NCBI GenBank assembly: GCA_963728915.1
Contig: CAVSLV010000001.1
Span: forward strand, 1,659,480-1,723,479
Direction: 5' to 3'
Source: an uncultured Gemmatimonadales bacterium
GTDB lineage: Bacteria; Gemmatimonadota; Gemmatimonadetes; Gemmatimonadales; GWC2-71-9
Length of the DNA: 64,000 nt
Part shown: in pieces, positions 1 through 12,704 of the stretch
Position numbering within the stretch: the stretch's first letter is position 1
Layout: each line of letters begins with the position of its first letter
Made by a program: the position numbers and the translations under genes
Notes under the pieces: generated by a model
Databases searched by the model: none
What the model was told of the DNA's origin: nothing
The model's input: only the letters and a program-made list of their open reading frames with translations

Positions 1-702
1 CGGCCGGCCGGCTCGGCAATCAACTGGGGCCCCTGGTCCAGCGTCGGCGCCGCGGCCGCGGCGTCCCTGCAGGCCCGGTTGGAAGTCCTGGGCCTTCGCG
101 CCGTCACTCCGGAGGGAGGATTCGCTCACCTCCGAGCCATGATGGAGGACGGATCTCCCCAGATCGGGGCCATGTCGGTGGACTGGAACCGATGGATCCA
201 GCAACGCGGCAATCCCGGACTGCGCGAGTTCCTCGCCGGAATCGAGCAGCCCCGAGCCGGTGCCCTCCCGGTCGCGACGGCATTGCCGGCTTCCTCCCGC
301 TCGCTTCGCGACCAGCTCGCCGGGGCGCCAGCGGGACGGAAGCAGGCGGTGCTCCGAACCTTCCTTCGGCAGACGGTCCGGCGAGTTCTGGGCCTGCCCG
401 AATCGCGGCCGGTGGACGAGGGAGGCCCGCTCGGCGAGATGGGGCTCGATTCGCTTTTGGCGGTGGAGCTGCGCAACACCCTGAGCAAGGAGACCGGAGC
501 CTCGCTCCCGGCCAGCTTGCTGTTCGACTACCCAACCATCGAGGCGCTCTCGGCTCATCTTGCGACCGCGGTGCTTGGGCTCGAAGGCGCGCCCGCGGAA
601 CCGGCCGGGGAGCCTGAGCCGACGGACGATCTGCTTGGAGCGATTGAGCGGATGTCGGATGATGAAGTGGATCGGATGCTCACGGGAGGGTCTCGCGAAT
701 GA
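1..702 (+). CDS. Type I PKS, 3' end only (KR C-terminus, ACP, C-terminal docking helix); starts before the window
   Basis: Frame 1 is open from base 1. It contains AINWGPW (KR end), GLDSLLAVELRN (ACP Ser motif) and the acidic tail DDLLGAIERMSDDEVDRML. The stop overlaps the next ATG (ATGA). Confidence 0.93.
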   Translation, partial: RPAGSAINWGPWSSVGAAAAASLQARLEVLGLRAVTPEGGFAHLRAMMEDGSPQIGAMSVDWNRWIQQRGNPGLREFLAGIEQPRAGALPVATALPASSRSLRDQLAGAPAGRKQAVLRTFLRQTVRRVLGLPESRPVDEGGPLGEMGLDSLLAVELRNTLSKETGASLPASLLFDYPTIEALSAHLATAVLGLEGAPAEPAGEPEPTDDLLGAIERMSDDEVDRMLTGGSRE

Positions 703-3700
703 GCGATTTCGCGGATCGCCTGTCCCGGTTGTCCCCCCAGAAACTGGCGCTGCTCGCTCAGGAGCTGCAAGCCAGGCTTCAGGCCGCGGAACAGCGGACC
801 GCCGAACCCATCGCGATCATCGGCGCAGGCTGCCGGCTCCCGGGAGCCGACGGTCCGGCTGCGTTCTGGCGTCTGCTGGAGGAAGGACGGGATGCGATCC
901 GAGAGGTACCCTCTGACCGCTGGAATGCGGACGCCTGGTATGACCCTGATCCGGACGTTCCGGGGCGCATGAATTCGCGGTGGGGCGGTTTCCTCGACGA
1001 CATCGACAAGTTCGATCCCCAGTTCTTCGGGATTGCCCCGCGCGAAGCAAGGACCATGGATCCGCAACAGCGGTTGCTGCTCGAGGTCAGCTGGGAGGCA
1101 TTGGAGCATGCGGGCCAGGCGCCGGACCGGCTTGGTGGGACGCCGACCGGGGTCTTCGTCGGTATCAGCGGAATGGATTACCTCCAACTGATCCGGGACC
1201 GTGCGGGGCTCGACAATCTCTACTTCTCGACCGGTCAATCCCACGCGGTGGCCGCGGGACGCATCTCGTATATCCTGGGACTGCGGGGACCGGCGCTCGC
1301 CGTTGATACCGCCTGCTCGTCCTCGCTCGTCGCGGTCCACCTCGCCTGCCAATCGCTGCAATCGGGGGAATGCCGGCTGGCTCTCGCCGGGGGCGTGAAC
1401 GTGATCCTGGTGCCGGCCATCACGCTCTCACTCTCCGCGGCCCACATGATGGCGGCCGACGGCAGGTGCAAGACGTTTGCGGACGCGGCTGACGGGTTCG
1501 TGCGAGGCGAAGGATGCGGGGTCGTGGTGCTCAAGCGCCTCGACGACGCGGTCGCTGATGGTGATCGAGTGCTGGCGGTGATCACTGGAAGCGCGGTGAA
1601 CCAGGACGGCACCAGCAGCGGGCTTACAGCGCCGAATGGGCCGGCCCAGGAAGAGGTGATCCGCGCAGCACTCCGGAAGGCCCGGCTCGCACCGGCGGAC
1701 ATCGATTACGTCGAGGCCCATGGAACCGGCACCCAGCTGGGCGACCCCATGGAAATCCGGGCCCTCGCCCGTGCCCTTGGGGCCGGCCGTGAGTCGCCCC
1801 TCCTGGTGGGCTCGGTGAAGACCAACTTTGGACACCTGGAGGCGACGGCGGGAATTGCCGGCCTCATGAAGGTCATGCTCGCCCTCCGTCATGAAACCAT
1901 TCCCCGGCACCTCCACTTCGACGAGCCCAGCCGGAACATCGACTGGGAGAGCATGCCGGTGAGAGTTGCCGCCGAGCCGGTTCGGTGGCCCCGAACGTCA
2001 AGGCCCCGCCGGGCGGGAGTGAGCTCGTTCGGGTTCAGCGGCACCAATGCCCACCTCATCCTCGAGGAAGCCCCGCTTCTCGCCCCTCCTCCGGTGAGCG
2101 GGGAGCGCCCGCTCCACTGTCTGCCGCTTTCGGCCAAGACCCCGGCGGCGCTCCGCGCCGTCGCGCAACGGTACCTCGATGCCTTCCGCGATGGCGAGCA
2201 CGCCATCCCCGATGTCGCGCACACCGCTGCGACCGGGCGGGCGCATTTCGCGCACCGGGCCGCCATCGTCATTCACGACCGCAACGACGCGATGCGAGGC
2301 CTCGAGCGAGTGCAGCGCGGCGAGCATGCGCGGGAGCCCACCGATCGGCGGGACCGTTCTTCCCCCCCCGAAGTGGTGTTCATGTATACCGGCCAGGGCG
2401 CGCAATACCCTGGGATGGGGCATGCCCTCTACCAATCCGCGCCGGTGTTCCGGGACGTCATCGATCGATGCGACGCGTTGCTCGGCAGTGACCGGCAGGG
2501 CCGAACCCTGCGCGACGTCCTGGTGAAGGCAGGCGACGCCCCTCCGATTCACGAGACGGCATGGACCCAGCCGGCGCTGTTCGCGATCGAGTATGCGCTC
2601 ACCGAGCTCTGGCGCTCGTGGGGGATTGTTCCCGCGGCGGTGATCGGGCATTCGCTGGGCGAGTATACCGCCGCATGTGTGGCCGGCGTGTTCTCCCTGG
2701 AGGATGGCCTGCGACTGGTCGCAGAGCGCGCCCGCCTCATGGCGAGCGTCCAAGCACCGGCCCTGATGGCCGCGGTCTATGCTTCTTTGGAAACCGTCGC
2801 GCCGCTGGTGTCCCGATGGGCCGCCAAGGCGGCGATCGCCGCGATCAACGCTCCCGACAACATCGTCATCTCGGGAGCGCGTGACACGGTCGAGGAGATC
2901 CTCGCGGATCTCGCCGAGCGGCACATCGAGGCCCACCGGCTCTTCGTCTCCGTCGCTGGGCACTCCCCGCTCATGGACCCGGTTCTCCCCGCCCTCGAGC
3001 AATTTGCGGGGAGCATTGCCATGTCAGCCCCTCGGATACCGGTAGGCTGGAACCTGCCCGGCGAGCTCGTCAACGGGAGTCCGCCGGACCCCGGATACTG
3101 GGCGCAGCACGCGCGACAGCCGGTCCGCTTTGACGAAGGAATGCGAGGACTGTTCAACGAGGGATTCCGGATCTTCCTCGAGGCGGGGCCCCATCCCACC
3201 TTGCTCGCTCTGGCCGAGCGAAATGAAACCACGCCGGGTGTTCGCTATCTCGCTTCGCTGCGGCGGGGCAAGGAGGAATGGGGCGAGATGGTGGGAAGTC
3301 TGGCCGCCCTGTACGAAGAGGGCGCCGAAATCGACTGGGCAGCCTTTGATCGTCCCTACAGCCGGCGCCTGGTCACCCTGCCGACCTATCCGTTCGAGCG
3401 TTCGAGACACTGGGTTGAACCGGAAGGAAAAGTCCCGCTTCGCTCACCGTCACCGACCCCAGTTGACCAGTCGGTGAGGCGGTTATCGACCGCAACACCG
3501 ATCTACGAGACCACCCTCTCTCCCAGCGCCCATCCCTGGCTGAGCGCACTCCGGGTTCACGGAAGGTCGCTCGCCCCAGGGCCACTCGTGCTCGAGCTCG
3601 CGATGCAGGCGATTCAGGACTGCTTTGGAAAGCAACCCCGGGAGCTCCTGGACCTCGCGTTCCTGGCGCCCCTGTTTCTGCGGGACCAGGGAACCCGGCT

Positions 3701-6700
3701 GCAGATCACCCTCGAGAGCCCCGAAGCCTCGAACCACGAGATCCGCTTCAGCGTGTACAGCGAATCGGAGCATGCCGACTCCTGGACCCTGCATACCACC
3801 GGGACCGCCAAGCAACCGATCAGCGCGCAGAGGGGGTCTCCGGATAGTCCGCCCTCCGGCCAGGAAGTTGAATCGGCCGATCGGTACTATGACCAGCTCG
3901 AACGGGCAGGTGTCTTCTTCGGCCCCGCTCTTCGGGGGCTTCGCGAAATCCGGCGGGGCGGCGGACGAGCCTGGGCCAGAGTCGAGCTCCCGGGTGCCGG
4001 GAGAAAAACCCGGTTCGGCTGGGCTGACCCCGCGATGGTTGAGGCAATCCTGCAGGCGACCGGCCTGGTTTTCCCGGAACCCCGTCCCGACGATCCTCCC
4101 CAGCTCCTGGTGGGGGTCGCCCGGATTGCTCTTCCAGAATCCCTTCCCGAAAGCGTCGTGGTGGATGCCAGGCTGCGTACCGCTCAGGGAGGAAGCTCCT
4201 TCACTGACTTGACGATCCGGGACAGCCATGGTCGACCGGTCGGTGTAATCGAGGGAATCCGACTCGCTTCCCTTCCCCGGGAGCTCGTCGCCGACGAACC
4301 GCCTGGTGTCGGTCCGTACTACCGTTTGCACTGGAGACCGGCGCCCTTGCCGGCATCACTCAGCCTGCCCGATTCGGCGACGTTCGAGGAACCTCTCAGG
4401 AAGCGGTTCCAAGCCGGCTCCGATATGCTCGACGGCCACGACCGCATTCTGGGCGGGCTCGACCGCCTGAGCGCCATATATATACGAAAAGCCCTCCTGG
4501 ACCTCGGCTTTCAAGCCACCCGCCACCGCAGGTTTACAGAGAAGGACGAAATTCAACGGCTCGGCATCCTTCCGAAGTACGGACGCCTGTTCCATCGGAT
4601 GCTGTCCATTCTGGCGGAAGAAGGACACCTGGAGCTGGACGGCCTCCAATGGAAGGTCTGCCGACCCTGGAGTGCCGTTTCCGATCCGCGTTCTCCGGAG
4701 ATCGGAAGCGATGAGAGCGCCGAGCTTGCCCTGCTTTCTCGGACCGGTCCGCGACTGTCCGCAACCCTCCACGGCGATGAAGATCCCCTCGAGCTGCTCT
4801 TTCCAGGGGGATCTATCGACCTGACACGGCCGCTCTACGTCGAATCTCCTGGAGCCCGGGTCTTCAACTCGCTTGTGGCTGAGGTCATCCGAACCACCGT
4901 CGCCTCCATGCCGCCGAGTCACCGGCTCCGGGTTCTCGAGATCGGCGCCGGCACCGGCGGGACCACCGCGTCGGTCGTGCCGGAGCTGCCGGCCGACCGG
5001 AGCGAATACACCTTCACCGATGTTTCTCCTTTCTTTCTGGAGCGCGCCAAGGAAGACTTCGCGCCCTTCCCGTTCCTGCGGACCGCCCTGCTGGACATCG
5101 AGAAGGATCCGGTCGCCCAGTCGTTCCCTGCCGCTGGCTTCGACATCATCATCGCCGCGAATGTGCTGCACGCCACCGCGGACCTTCGAACCACCATTCG
5201 GCATGTGCGTTCGCTTCTGGCTCCTCGGGGTTTGCTCATTCTGGTCGAAGGAGTGGCGCCGGAACGATGGGTTGACCTGACCTTCGGATTGACCGACGGG
5301 TGGTGGCGGTTCGCCGACCCGGAGCTGCGCACCTCCCATCCGCTCTTGTCTCGGCAGGCCTGGCAGGGATTGCTCGGCGAATGCGGCCTGGAAGACATCC
5401 TGTTCGCGCCCGAAGACCTCTCCAGCCGAGTGGCGCAGCAGCATTCCATGATCGTGGCCCGGGCGCCGCGGCCGGAGCCGAAACGGTGGGTCCTGGTCCC
5501 GGATGCGGCGGGGATTGCGGGGTGTCTTTCGCAGAAGCTGGCCGCGGAGGGGCACCAGGTGGAGCTCCGCATCGACGCGGCGCATCCCCTGCCGGACAAC
5601 TCCCATCTGGTCTACCTCCAGGGACTGGACCTCCCCGCCTCTGCGACCGAACCGGCCTATCCGGACGCGCTGGAGAAGGCCGGATGGTCTCCGGTCGCCT
5701 TACTCCAATCGGTTGCCCGAACCGGGAAAGGTCGCGCATGGCTCATAACCCGCGGCATCCAGGCCCGGCGGGCAACCTGGCAGGCTCCCCTCTGGGGCCT
5801 CGGCCGGGTGTTCGCGCTGGAGCACCCCGATCATTGGGGGGGCCTGGTCGACCTGGCTCCGGACGCATCGATCGAGACTGCAGCCGGTCTTCTGGCGCAA
5901 TCTCTTCTCTGCGAGGACGGGGAAGACCAGACATCCTGGGAGGCCGGGCAGCGGCTTGCGCTCAGACTCCGTCCGGCGGAGCCGCCCGGGACCACCGCTT
6001 CGATCCACGCCGACGCCACCTATCTCGTCACTGGTGCATTCGGAGGGCTTGGCCCGCTCGTGGTGCGCTGGCTGTCGGAACAGGGAGCTCGCCACATCGG
6101 ACTCCTGGGACGTCATCCCGGCACGGGTCCCGAGCTGAGCGATCTCGCCGAGGCGGGTGTGCAGCTCATTCCCCTGGCGGCGGACGTGGGGGATCGGGCG
6201 AGCCTGGACTCGGCGCTGGCAGAACTACGGCGCAAAGCGCCGCCGCTCCGCGGCATCCTCCACGCCGCAGCAGATCTTTCGCTGGTTCCATTCATGGAGC
6301 TGGACCGCGAAGCAATCGACCGCATGTTCTCGGCGAAGCTGTCCGGTAGCGCGCTCCTCTTCGAGCTTGGCCGGGCGGAGGGTCTCGATTTCCTGGTGTT
6401 CTTTTCCTCCAGTACCGCGGTCCTCGGTGCTTCCGGTTTTGCTCATTACGCCGCCGCAAATGCCTTCCTCGACGCCCTGGCCGCGGTGCGGCCGGCTTCC
6501 TTTCCTGTCGCCTCGATCAACTGGGGTACCTGGGAACGCATGCGCGGAGTTGGTTCGGTCCGCCGCCGGGAATACCGGGAGGCGGGGCTTCTGCCGATGC
6601 CGGCCGCCACAGCATTGGACGGATTATCTCGCGTCGCTGGAAGCGACCAGACCAACCTCATGATTGCCGAGATCGACTGGAGGGCCCTCAAGTCCCTTCA

Positions 6701-7175
6701 TGAGGCCCGACGGCCCAGACCGCTGCTCAGCGAAATCCGGATAGGCGAGTCCTCGCCAGTGCAGCAGAGGGCCCAGGTTTCCCGCGAACTCCTCGAGTCG
6801 CTGGGTCAGCTCGATGCCACGGGTCGCCGAAGTGTTTTGCAGTGCATCGTGGCTGAAGAGGTCGGGAAGGTGCTTGGCCAGGGCGGAGACACCGTTGCCC
6901 CCGAGGTCGGGTTGTTTGCCATGGGCATGGATTCATTGATGTCGGTGGAGCTGCGGAAACGACTGGAAACCCGGATTGGGCGCTCCCTGCCATCGACACT
7001 CACGTTCAATTACCCCACGGTGAATGCCCTGGCTGACTTCCTGCAGATCGAGCTGGAACGCCCGGACCTCGGGAACGGGCCCGTCTCAGTCAAGGAAACG
7101 CCGAACCGTCTGCCTGAGATGACCGAATCCGAGCTGGAGCAAGCGTTGCGGGCAAAGCTTACGGAGCTTCGATGA
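699..7175 (+). CDS. Type I cis-AT PKS module KS-AT-DH(inactive)-C-methyltransferase-KR-ACP
   Basis: KS: DTACSSS, HGTGT, KTNFGH. AT: GHSLG with VAGH fingerprint. DH region lacks the catalytic His ([15 protein letters not shown]). [12 protein letters not shown] and NVLHAT. KR: GAFGGLG and [18 protein letters not shown]. Confidence 0.96.
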   Translation: MSDFADRLSRLSPQKLALLAQELQARLQAAEQRTAEPIAIIGAGCRLPGADGPAAFWRLLEEGRDAIREVPSDRWNADAWYDPDPDVPGRMNSRWGGFLDDIDKFDPQFFGIAPREARTMDPQQRLLLEVSWEALEHAGQAPDRLGGTPTGVFVGISGMDYLQLIRDRAGLDNLYFSTGQSHAVAAGRISYILGLRGPALAVDTACSSSLVAVHLACQSLQSGECRLALAGGVNVILVPAITLSLSAAHMMAADGRCKTFADAADGFVRGEGCGVVVLKRLDDAVADGDRVLAVITGSAVNQDGTSSGLTAPNGPAQEEVIRAALRKARLAPADIDYVEAHGTGTQLGDPMEIRALARALGAGRESPLLVGSVKTNFGHLEATAGIAGLMKVMLALRHETIPRHLHFDEPSRNIDWESMPVRVAAEPVRWPRTSRPRRAGVSSFGFSGTNAHLILEEAPLLAPPPVSGERPLHCLPLSAKTPAALRAVAQRYLDAFRDGEHAIPDVAHTAATGRAHFAHRAAIVIHDRNDAMRGLERVQRGEHAREPTDRRDRSSPPEVVFMYTGQGAQYPGMGHALYQSAPVFRDVIDRCDALLGSDRQGRTLRDVLVKAGDAPPIHETAWTQPALFAIEYALTELWRSWGIVPAAVIGHSLGEYTAACVAGVFSLEDGLRLVAERARLMASVQAPALMAAVYASLETVAPLVSRWAAKAAIAAINAPDNIVISGARDTVEEILADLAERHIEAHRLFVSVAGHSPLMDPVLPALEQFAGSIAMSAPRIPVGWNLPGELVNGSPPDPGYWAQHARQPVRFDEGMRGLFNEGFRIFLEAGPHPTLLALAERNETTPGVRYLASLRRGKEEWGEMVGSLAALYEEGAEIDWAAFDRPYSRRLVTLPTYPFERSRHWVEPEGKVPLRSPSPTPVDQSVRRLSTATPIYETTLSPSAHPWLSALRVHGRSLAPGPLVLELAMQAIQDCFGKQPRELLDLAFLAPLFLRDQGTRLQITLESPEASNHEIRFSVYSESEHADSWTLHTTGTAKQPISAQRGSPDSPPSGQEVESADRYYDQLERAGVFFGPALRGLREIRRGGGRAWARVELPGAGRKTRFGWADPAMVEAILQATGLVFPEPRPDDPPQLLVGVARIALPESLPESVVVDARLRTAQGGSSFTDLTIRDSHGRPVGVIEGIRLASLPRELVADEPPGVGPYYRLHWRPAPLPASLSLPDSATFEEPLRKRFQAGSDMLDGHDRILGGLDRLSAIYIRKALLDLGFQATRHRRFTEKDEIQRLGILPKYGRLFHRMLSILAEEGHLELDGLQWKVCRPWSAVSDPRSPEIGSDESAELALLSRTGPRLSATLHGDEDPLELLFPGGSIDLTRPLYVESPGARVFNSLVAEVIRTTVASMPPSHRLRVLEIGAGTGGTTASVVPELPADRSEYTFTDVSPFFLERAKEDFAPFPFLRTALLDIEKDPVAQSFPAAGFDIIIAANVLHATADLRTTIRHVRSLLAPRGLLILVEGVAPERWVDLTFGLTDGWWRFADPELRTSHPLLSRQAWQGLLGECGLEDILFAPEDLSSRVAQQHSMIVARAPRPEPKRWVLVPDAAGIAGCLSQKLAAEGHQVELRIDAAHPLPDNSHLVYLQGLDLPASATEPAYPDALEKAGWSPVALLQSVARTGKGRAWLITRGIQARRATWQAPLWGLGRVFALEHPDHWGGLVDLAPDASIETAAGLLAQSLLCEDGEDQTSWEAGQRLALRLRPAEPPGTTASIHADATYLVTGAFGGLGPLVVRWLSEQGARHIGLLGRHPGTGPELSDLAEAGVQLIPLAADVGDRASLDSALAELRRKAPPLRGILHAAADLSLVPFMELDREAIDRMFSAKLSGSALLFELGRAEGLDFLVFFSSSTAVLGASGFAHYAAANAFLDALAAVRPASFPVASINWGTWERMRGVGSVRRREYREAGLLPMPAATALDGLSRVAGSDQTNLMIAEIDWRALKSLHEARRPRPLLSEIRIGESSPVQQRAQVSRELLESLGQLDATGRRSVLQCIVAEEVGKVLGQGGDTVAPEVGLFAMGMDSLMSVELRKRLETRIGRSLPSTLTFNYPTVNALADFLQIELERPDLGNGPVSVKETPNRLPEMTESELEQALRAKLTELR

Positions 7176-10100
7176 GCGAGCGCCGGGATGTCCTGCGCGA
7201 ATCGCTCCTCGCGATCGAACGGCTCCAGGAACGTTTGGCTCAGGCCGAAGGTTCCAGCCGCGAGCCGATCGCGATCGTCGGAGCGGGCTGCCGGTTTCCC
7301 GGTGGGGTTGAGAGCCTGGAGGATCTCTGGCGGCTGCTGCGTGATGGAGTCGACGCCATCGGCGCCGCGCCGGCCGACCGGAACACCCTGCTGTCCGCCA
7401 CGCCGGCGGGCCAGGCGCCGCCGCAGGGAGGGTTTCTCCGGCAGGTGGATCAGTTCGATCCCCAGTTCTTCGGCATCTCCCCGAGAGAGGCGGAGACGCT
7501 GGATCCTCAGCAACGCCTGCTCCTGGAGACCTCCTGGGAGGCGCTGGAAAGCGCCGGGATTCCGGCCGACGCAGCTCATCGGAACCCGCACCGGGGTGTT
7601 CGTCGGGATCACGACCGGAGACTACGGCGAGCTGGTTCGAAACAGCGGGCAGACCGACGTCTACTCGGCGACCGGCGGTGCGCTCAATGCGGCGGCCGGA
7701 AGGATCGCCTACACCCTGGGCCTTCAGGGCCCCTGCGTCGCGCTCGATACCGCCTGCTCCTCTTCCCTGGTGGCGGTGCACCTCGGGTGTCAGAGCCTGC
7801 GGGCCGGAGAATGCGGCCTGGCCCTCGCGGCGGGCGTCAATCTTGTCCTGCTCCCCGATTTGATGGCGCTCTTTACCCGATGGGGAATGGTCGCACCGGA
7901 CGGTCGATGCAAGACGTTTGATGCGGCCGCGGACGGATTCGTTCGCAGTGAAGGATGCGCGACCATCGCTCTCAAGCGCCTGGGGGATGCTCGACGAGAC
8001 GGCGATCCGATTCTCGCCATCATCCGGGGGTCGGCGGTGAACTCGGATGGCAAGAGCAGCGGGCTCACAGTACCGAATGGCCTGGCGCAGCAGGCGGTCC
8101 TCCGCGCCGCCCTCGCCAATGCCGGTCTGCAACCCGCCGAGATCGATTATGTCGAGGCGCACGGGACCGGAACCTCTCTCGGAGATCCGATCGAGGTCGA
8201 AGCCCTGGGGAACGTAATGCGGGAAGGGCGCACGCCCGCGCGCCCGCTGCTGATCGGGTCCATCAAGACCAATATCGGTCACGCCGAGGCGTCGTCCGGC
8301 CTGGCGGGCCTCCTCAAGGTCGTGGTGGCGCTCCAGCACGACGCGATTCCAGCGCACCTGCACTTCGCCACGCCTAACCCGGGGATCCCCTGGAGCGAGT
8401 TGCCGATCCAGGTTCCGACCCGGCTCACGCCGTGGCCCCGTGGCGACCGGGTCCGGCGGGCGGGAGTGAGCTCGTTCGGATTCAGCGGAACCAATGCCCA
8501 CGTGGTGCTCGAGGAGCCGCCGGCCCCAGAGCCCACTGCCTCACCTGCCCCGGGGCCGCCTGATCGACCCGATCTGGCGGTGCTTTCCGCCAGGTCCGAC
8601 GAAGCCCTGCGCGAGCTGGCTGAGCGGCAGCGGCGAGCTCTGGCGGCGGGCGTGCCACTGGCCGATCTCGCCGCGACCACTCAGACAGGCCGGGCCACCT
8701 TCTCCCGTCGAGCCGCGGTGAGAATCGATGACCCGGCCCATACCGCGGAGCGGCTCACCGCGGTGGCCGGGGGCCTGCCCGTGGCCGGCGTCTCGATGGG
8801 CGCCGCACTCCCCGGGGTTCCCAAAGTCGCCTTTCTGTTTCCCGGTCAGGGATCCCAGTGGAAGGGCATGGGGCTCTCGCTCGCTCGGACGGAGCAGGTA
8901 GTGCGGCAGAGCCTGGAAGCCTGCGACGCGATCCTGCGACCCGAGCTGGGACGGTCGCTGTTCGAGCTGCTCGAGCGGGAGGATCTGCTGTCGGAAACCC
9001 GTTACACCCAACCACTGCTGTTCGCGGTGGAATGGGCCCTGGCCGAGCTCTGGCGATCCTGGGGAATCCAACCGGCAGCGGTGCTCGGCCACAGCGTCGG
9101 TGAGTACGTGGCGGCATGTGTCGCGGGCATCATGGAGCTGCCAGTCGCGCTGCGATTGATCGCGGCCCGAGGTCGTCTCATGGAAGACCTCACCCCCCCT
9201 GGAGCCATGGCGGCGGTGTTTGCCAGTGAAGAAACCGCCGCCCGGGCGATCGCGGGCCGTAAAGACCGGGTCGCGATTGCGGCGATCAATGCTCCCGACA
9301 GTGTCGTGATCTCCGGCGATCCCAGCGCCCTCGATGAGGCCCTGGAAACGCTGGCACGCGAGGGAATCGGTACCAGACGACTTTCGGTTTCCCGTGCCTT
9401 CCACTCGCCGCTGATGGACCCCATGCTTGCTGGGTTCCGCCGCGAGCTGGCGCAGGTCTCCTTCCGGTCCGGCACGATCCCGCTGATTTCCAACGTCTCC
9501 GGGCACCTCGCGGAGTCCGAAGTGGTCTCGCGGGAATACTGGGTGGACCATGTGCGGCGCCCGGTCCGGTTTGCCGAGAGTATTGCCTGCCTTGCCGAGC
9601 GTGGCGTGAACGTACTCCTCGAGGTGGGACCGGGCGCCGCGCTCCTGGGACTGGCGAAGCGGACTCTGGGCGACCAATGCGGAGTGGCGATCCCAACATT
9701 GCGGCGCGAGACTGACGAGGAAGCCTCGGCGATCGACGCCCTGGGCTCCCTCTGGGTATCGGGCGTTCCCGTTGATTGGGACCGGTTTCGACGCGACCGG
9801 AACGGACGACGGGTCCCTCTCCCAACCTATCCGTTCCAGCGGGAACGACACTGGCTGGAAGAGAAGAAGCGGCATCAGGTCCGTCTCCCCGCTGTGGCGA
9901 GCGGGCATCCTCTGTTGGGAAGCCCGGTCCTCCGCGCGGAGGAGGCCCGAGTCTGGAGTTGGGAGGGTGAGGTCAGCCTGGAAGCGCTTCCCTACCTGGA
10001 TGATCATCGAATCCAGGGGCGGGTGATCGTTCCCGGCACCGCGTATCTCGAAATGGTTCTGGCCGCGAGCGCAGAGGCCCTTGGGACCAGTCCCCTCACC

Positions 10101-12704
10101 ATGAGCGGCCTCAAGGTCCACGCTCCACTGGCCCTGAATCCCGATCAGCGCGCCAGAACCCGGACCGTCCTCAAGGGCGATCCGGCCGGCGGGTTCGTCT
10201 TCACCGTTTCGAGCTGCCTCGATTCCAGGGAGGCCGGCGATTGGACGCTCCATGCCTCCGGTCGGCTCGAGCTGGGCGCTCCTGATGCAGATCCGGTGGA
10301 CATCGCTGAAATACAAGTTCGCTGTACCGAAACCGTCTCCGGCCACGAGTTCTACCGGTTGCTTGCAATCCGGGGAAACCAATGGGGTCCGTCGTTCCAG
10401 GGTATTACCCGGGTTTGGCGCCGAGCCGATGAGGCGCTGGCCGAGGTACAGGCCCCCACGGAAATCCTGAACGACCTGGCGCGGTATCGCTATCACCCGG
10501 CGCTCTCGGACACCGCGGGCCATGCCCTGGCCGCCACCATTCCGCTGGAGGCTTCCCCCGGTCGGCTGGGCGGCGCGTTCGTCGGTGGGGCTCTCGACAG
10601 CTTCGTATTTCGAGCCCCGCCTCGCGGCCGGATCTGGGCCCACGTGATCCGACGCCACGAGGCGGGCTCTCCTAACACGCTGAGCGGCGACATCCGGGTC
10701 CTCGACGAAACCGGACGGGTGGTGGCGGAGACCCGTGGCACCCGCTTGTGGTACCTGGAGGAAGGGCGTTCGGCCCCTGGGGAACCGTCCCTCGCCGACC
10801 GCTTCTACCAGGTAGCCTGGCGTCCCAGCGAAACCGTCGAGATCAAGCCAAAATCGGGACGATGGCTGGTGTTCGCGGACCGGGAGGGACTGGCGGCCCG
10901 GACCGCAGAGCGGATTGCTGGCACCGGCCCCGTCGTCACCGTCGAGCCAGGGGCCCGGTTCGAGAAGAAGGAGCCCCATCGCTACGCAGTCCGTCCCGAT
11001 TCTCCTGAAGACTACCTGCGTGTGTTGGGTGAATCCGGCGGTGACCCCTGGACCGGGATCATTCATGCCTGGAGCCTGAACCGGACACTCGCCACGGGGG
11101 AGGTTGACCCGGTTGAGGCCGAGCCCATCTCGCTCCGGAGTGTATTCTCCCTGCTCGCGGCCGCGAGCCAGAGGCCGGCTCAGACTTCTCTTCCCATCTG
11201 GTTCCTGACCCGGGGATCCCAACCGGCCGGAAGCCCCGTCACCGACCCGATCGGCAGCGCGATCTGGGGAGTCGGCCGTTCCCTCTCGGTGGAGGCTCCC
11301 CAGCACTGGGGAGGCTTGATGGATCTGGATCCTTCAGGCGCCGCCGATCCCGCAACTCTGGCCGCCGCCATTACCGCCGGGGACCGGGAAGACCTGGTCG
11401 CGATCCGGAACGGCGTCCGGCTGGTCGCGAGACTCGCGCACGCGCCGGCGCCGGCTGACGAAGCCTCCCTCACCTGGCGCACCGACGCATCGTACTTGAT
11501 CACCGGGGGCCTCGGCGGTCTCGGCCTTCAGGTCGCCCAGTGGATGGTCCGCCAGGGAGCCCGGCGACTGGTCCTCCTGGGCCGCACTCCACTCCCCCCC
11601 CGAACCGATTGGGCCCAGGTCGATCCGGAAACCATGGCGGGACGGCGGATTGCGGCGGTCCGGCAGCTCGAGTCGATGGGAGCGGCGGTGCATCTCGAGT
11701 GCGGAGATGTCGCGGATCGAGCCCAGCTGGACGCGTTTCTCGATCGGTTCCAGCGCGAAGGCTGGCCCCCGATTCGGGGGGTGATTCACGCGGCCGGCAC
11801 GATGCATCGAGCCCCCTTGTCGGAGATGACTGCCCAGGCATGGGAAGCGTTGTGGCGCCCAAAGGCGCTTGGCGCCTGGCATCTGCACCAGAGGTTCGGC
11901 GATCAACTCGATTTCTTCGTCCTCTTCTCATCGGCCTCCGCGTTGCTCAACTCCGCGCTGATCGGGGGATACGCCGGGTCAAACGCGTTTCTGGATGGCC
12001 TGGCGCAACTCCGCAGATCGCTCGGCCTTCCTGCCCAGAGCATCCAGTGGGGCCTCTGGGCGGGGGCCGGGATGGCCGACAAGGTCGATGCCGAAGACCT
12101 GGGGAGCGCGGTGTCCAGGGGGATGGGAGTGCTTTCATCCGACCAGGCCCTCGAGGCTCTCGGGGTGATCATGCGATCACGGGAGCCCGAGATCGCCGTC
12201 ATTCCGGTTGATTGGGAGGCATGGCGCGAACGGTATCCGATGTTCGTATCGGCCCCATACCTTGCGGAGCTGTTCGAGCGCGCAGGAGCCGCCCCCGAGG
12301 AGCCGCCGGAAAGCACCTTCTCGCGCGAGGAGTTCGTCCTCCTCTCGCCGGAGGCCCGCTCGGCCGCAATTCGCAACCGGATCCGCCAGCACGCCGCCGG
12401 CGTCCTTCGAATGGATCCAGCCAAACTGGACGATCGCCTGCCTCTCGCGTCGTTCGGACTTGATTCCCTGATGGCCGTGGAGCTCAAGAACCGTATCGAT
12501 CGGGAGCTTGCTCTTTCAGTTCCCCTGGTCCACTACCTCGACGGATCGGGAATCGACCAGCTCACCGAGGTCGTGAACAAGATCGGCCGCTGGGAGAGTC
12601 CGTCCGACGGCCTCGACCCAGAGGCTCTGCTGGCGCAGCTTCCCCAGATGTCGGACGAGGAAATGGACGCCCTCCTGGCCCAGCTCGGGGAAAGCGAATC
12701 ATGA
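7172..12704 (+). CDS. Type I cis-AT PKS module KS-AT-DH-KR-ACP (one frameshift near 7570)
   Basis: ORF 7172 gives the docking helix and [15 protein letters not shown] up to ESAGIP. The frame of ORF 7188 continues [65 protein letters not shown] and ACP GLDSLM. One extra base near 7568-7571 joins the two parts. Confidence 0.92.

Noticed and set aside
2005..8500. Near-identical DNA stretches near 2010-2055 and 8455-8500, and similar ones among A domains
   Set aside because: These encode conserved KS ([16 protein letters not shown]) and A-domain motifs in paralogous modules, not a repeat element.
8541..11306. 921-aa antisense ORF and many other long shadow ORFs
   Set aside because: They lie opposite or out of frame to well-supported genes, have no motifs, and are expected from high-GC codon bias.
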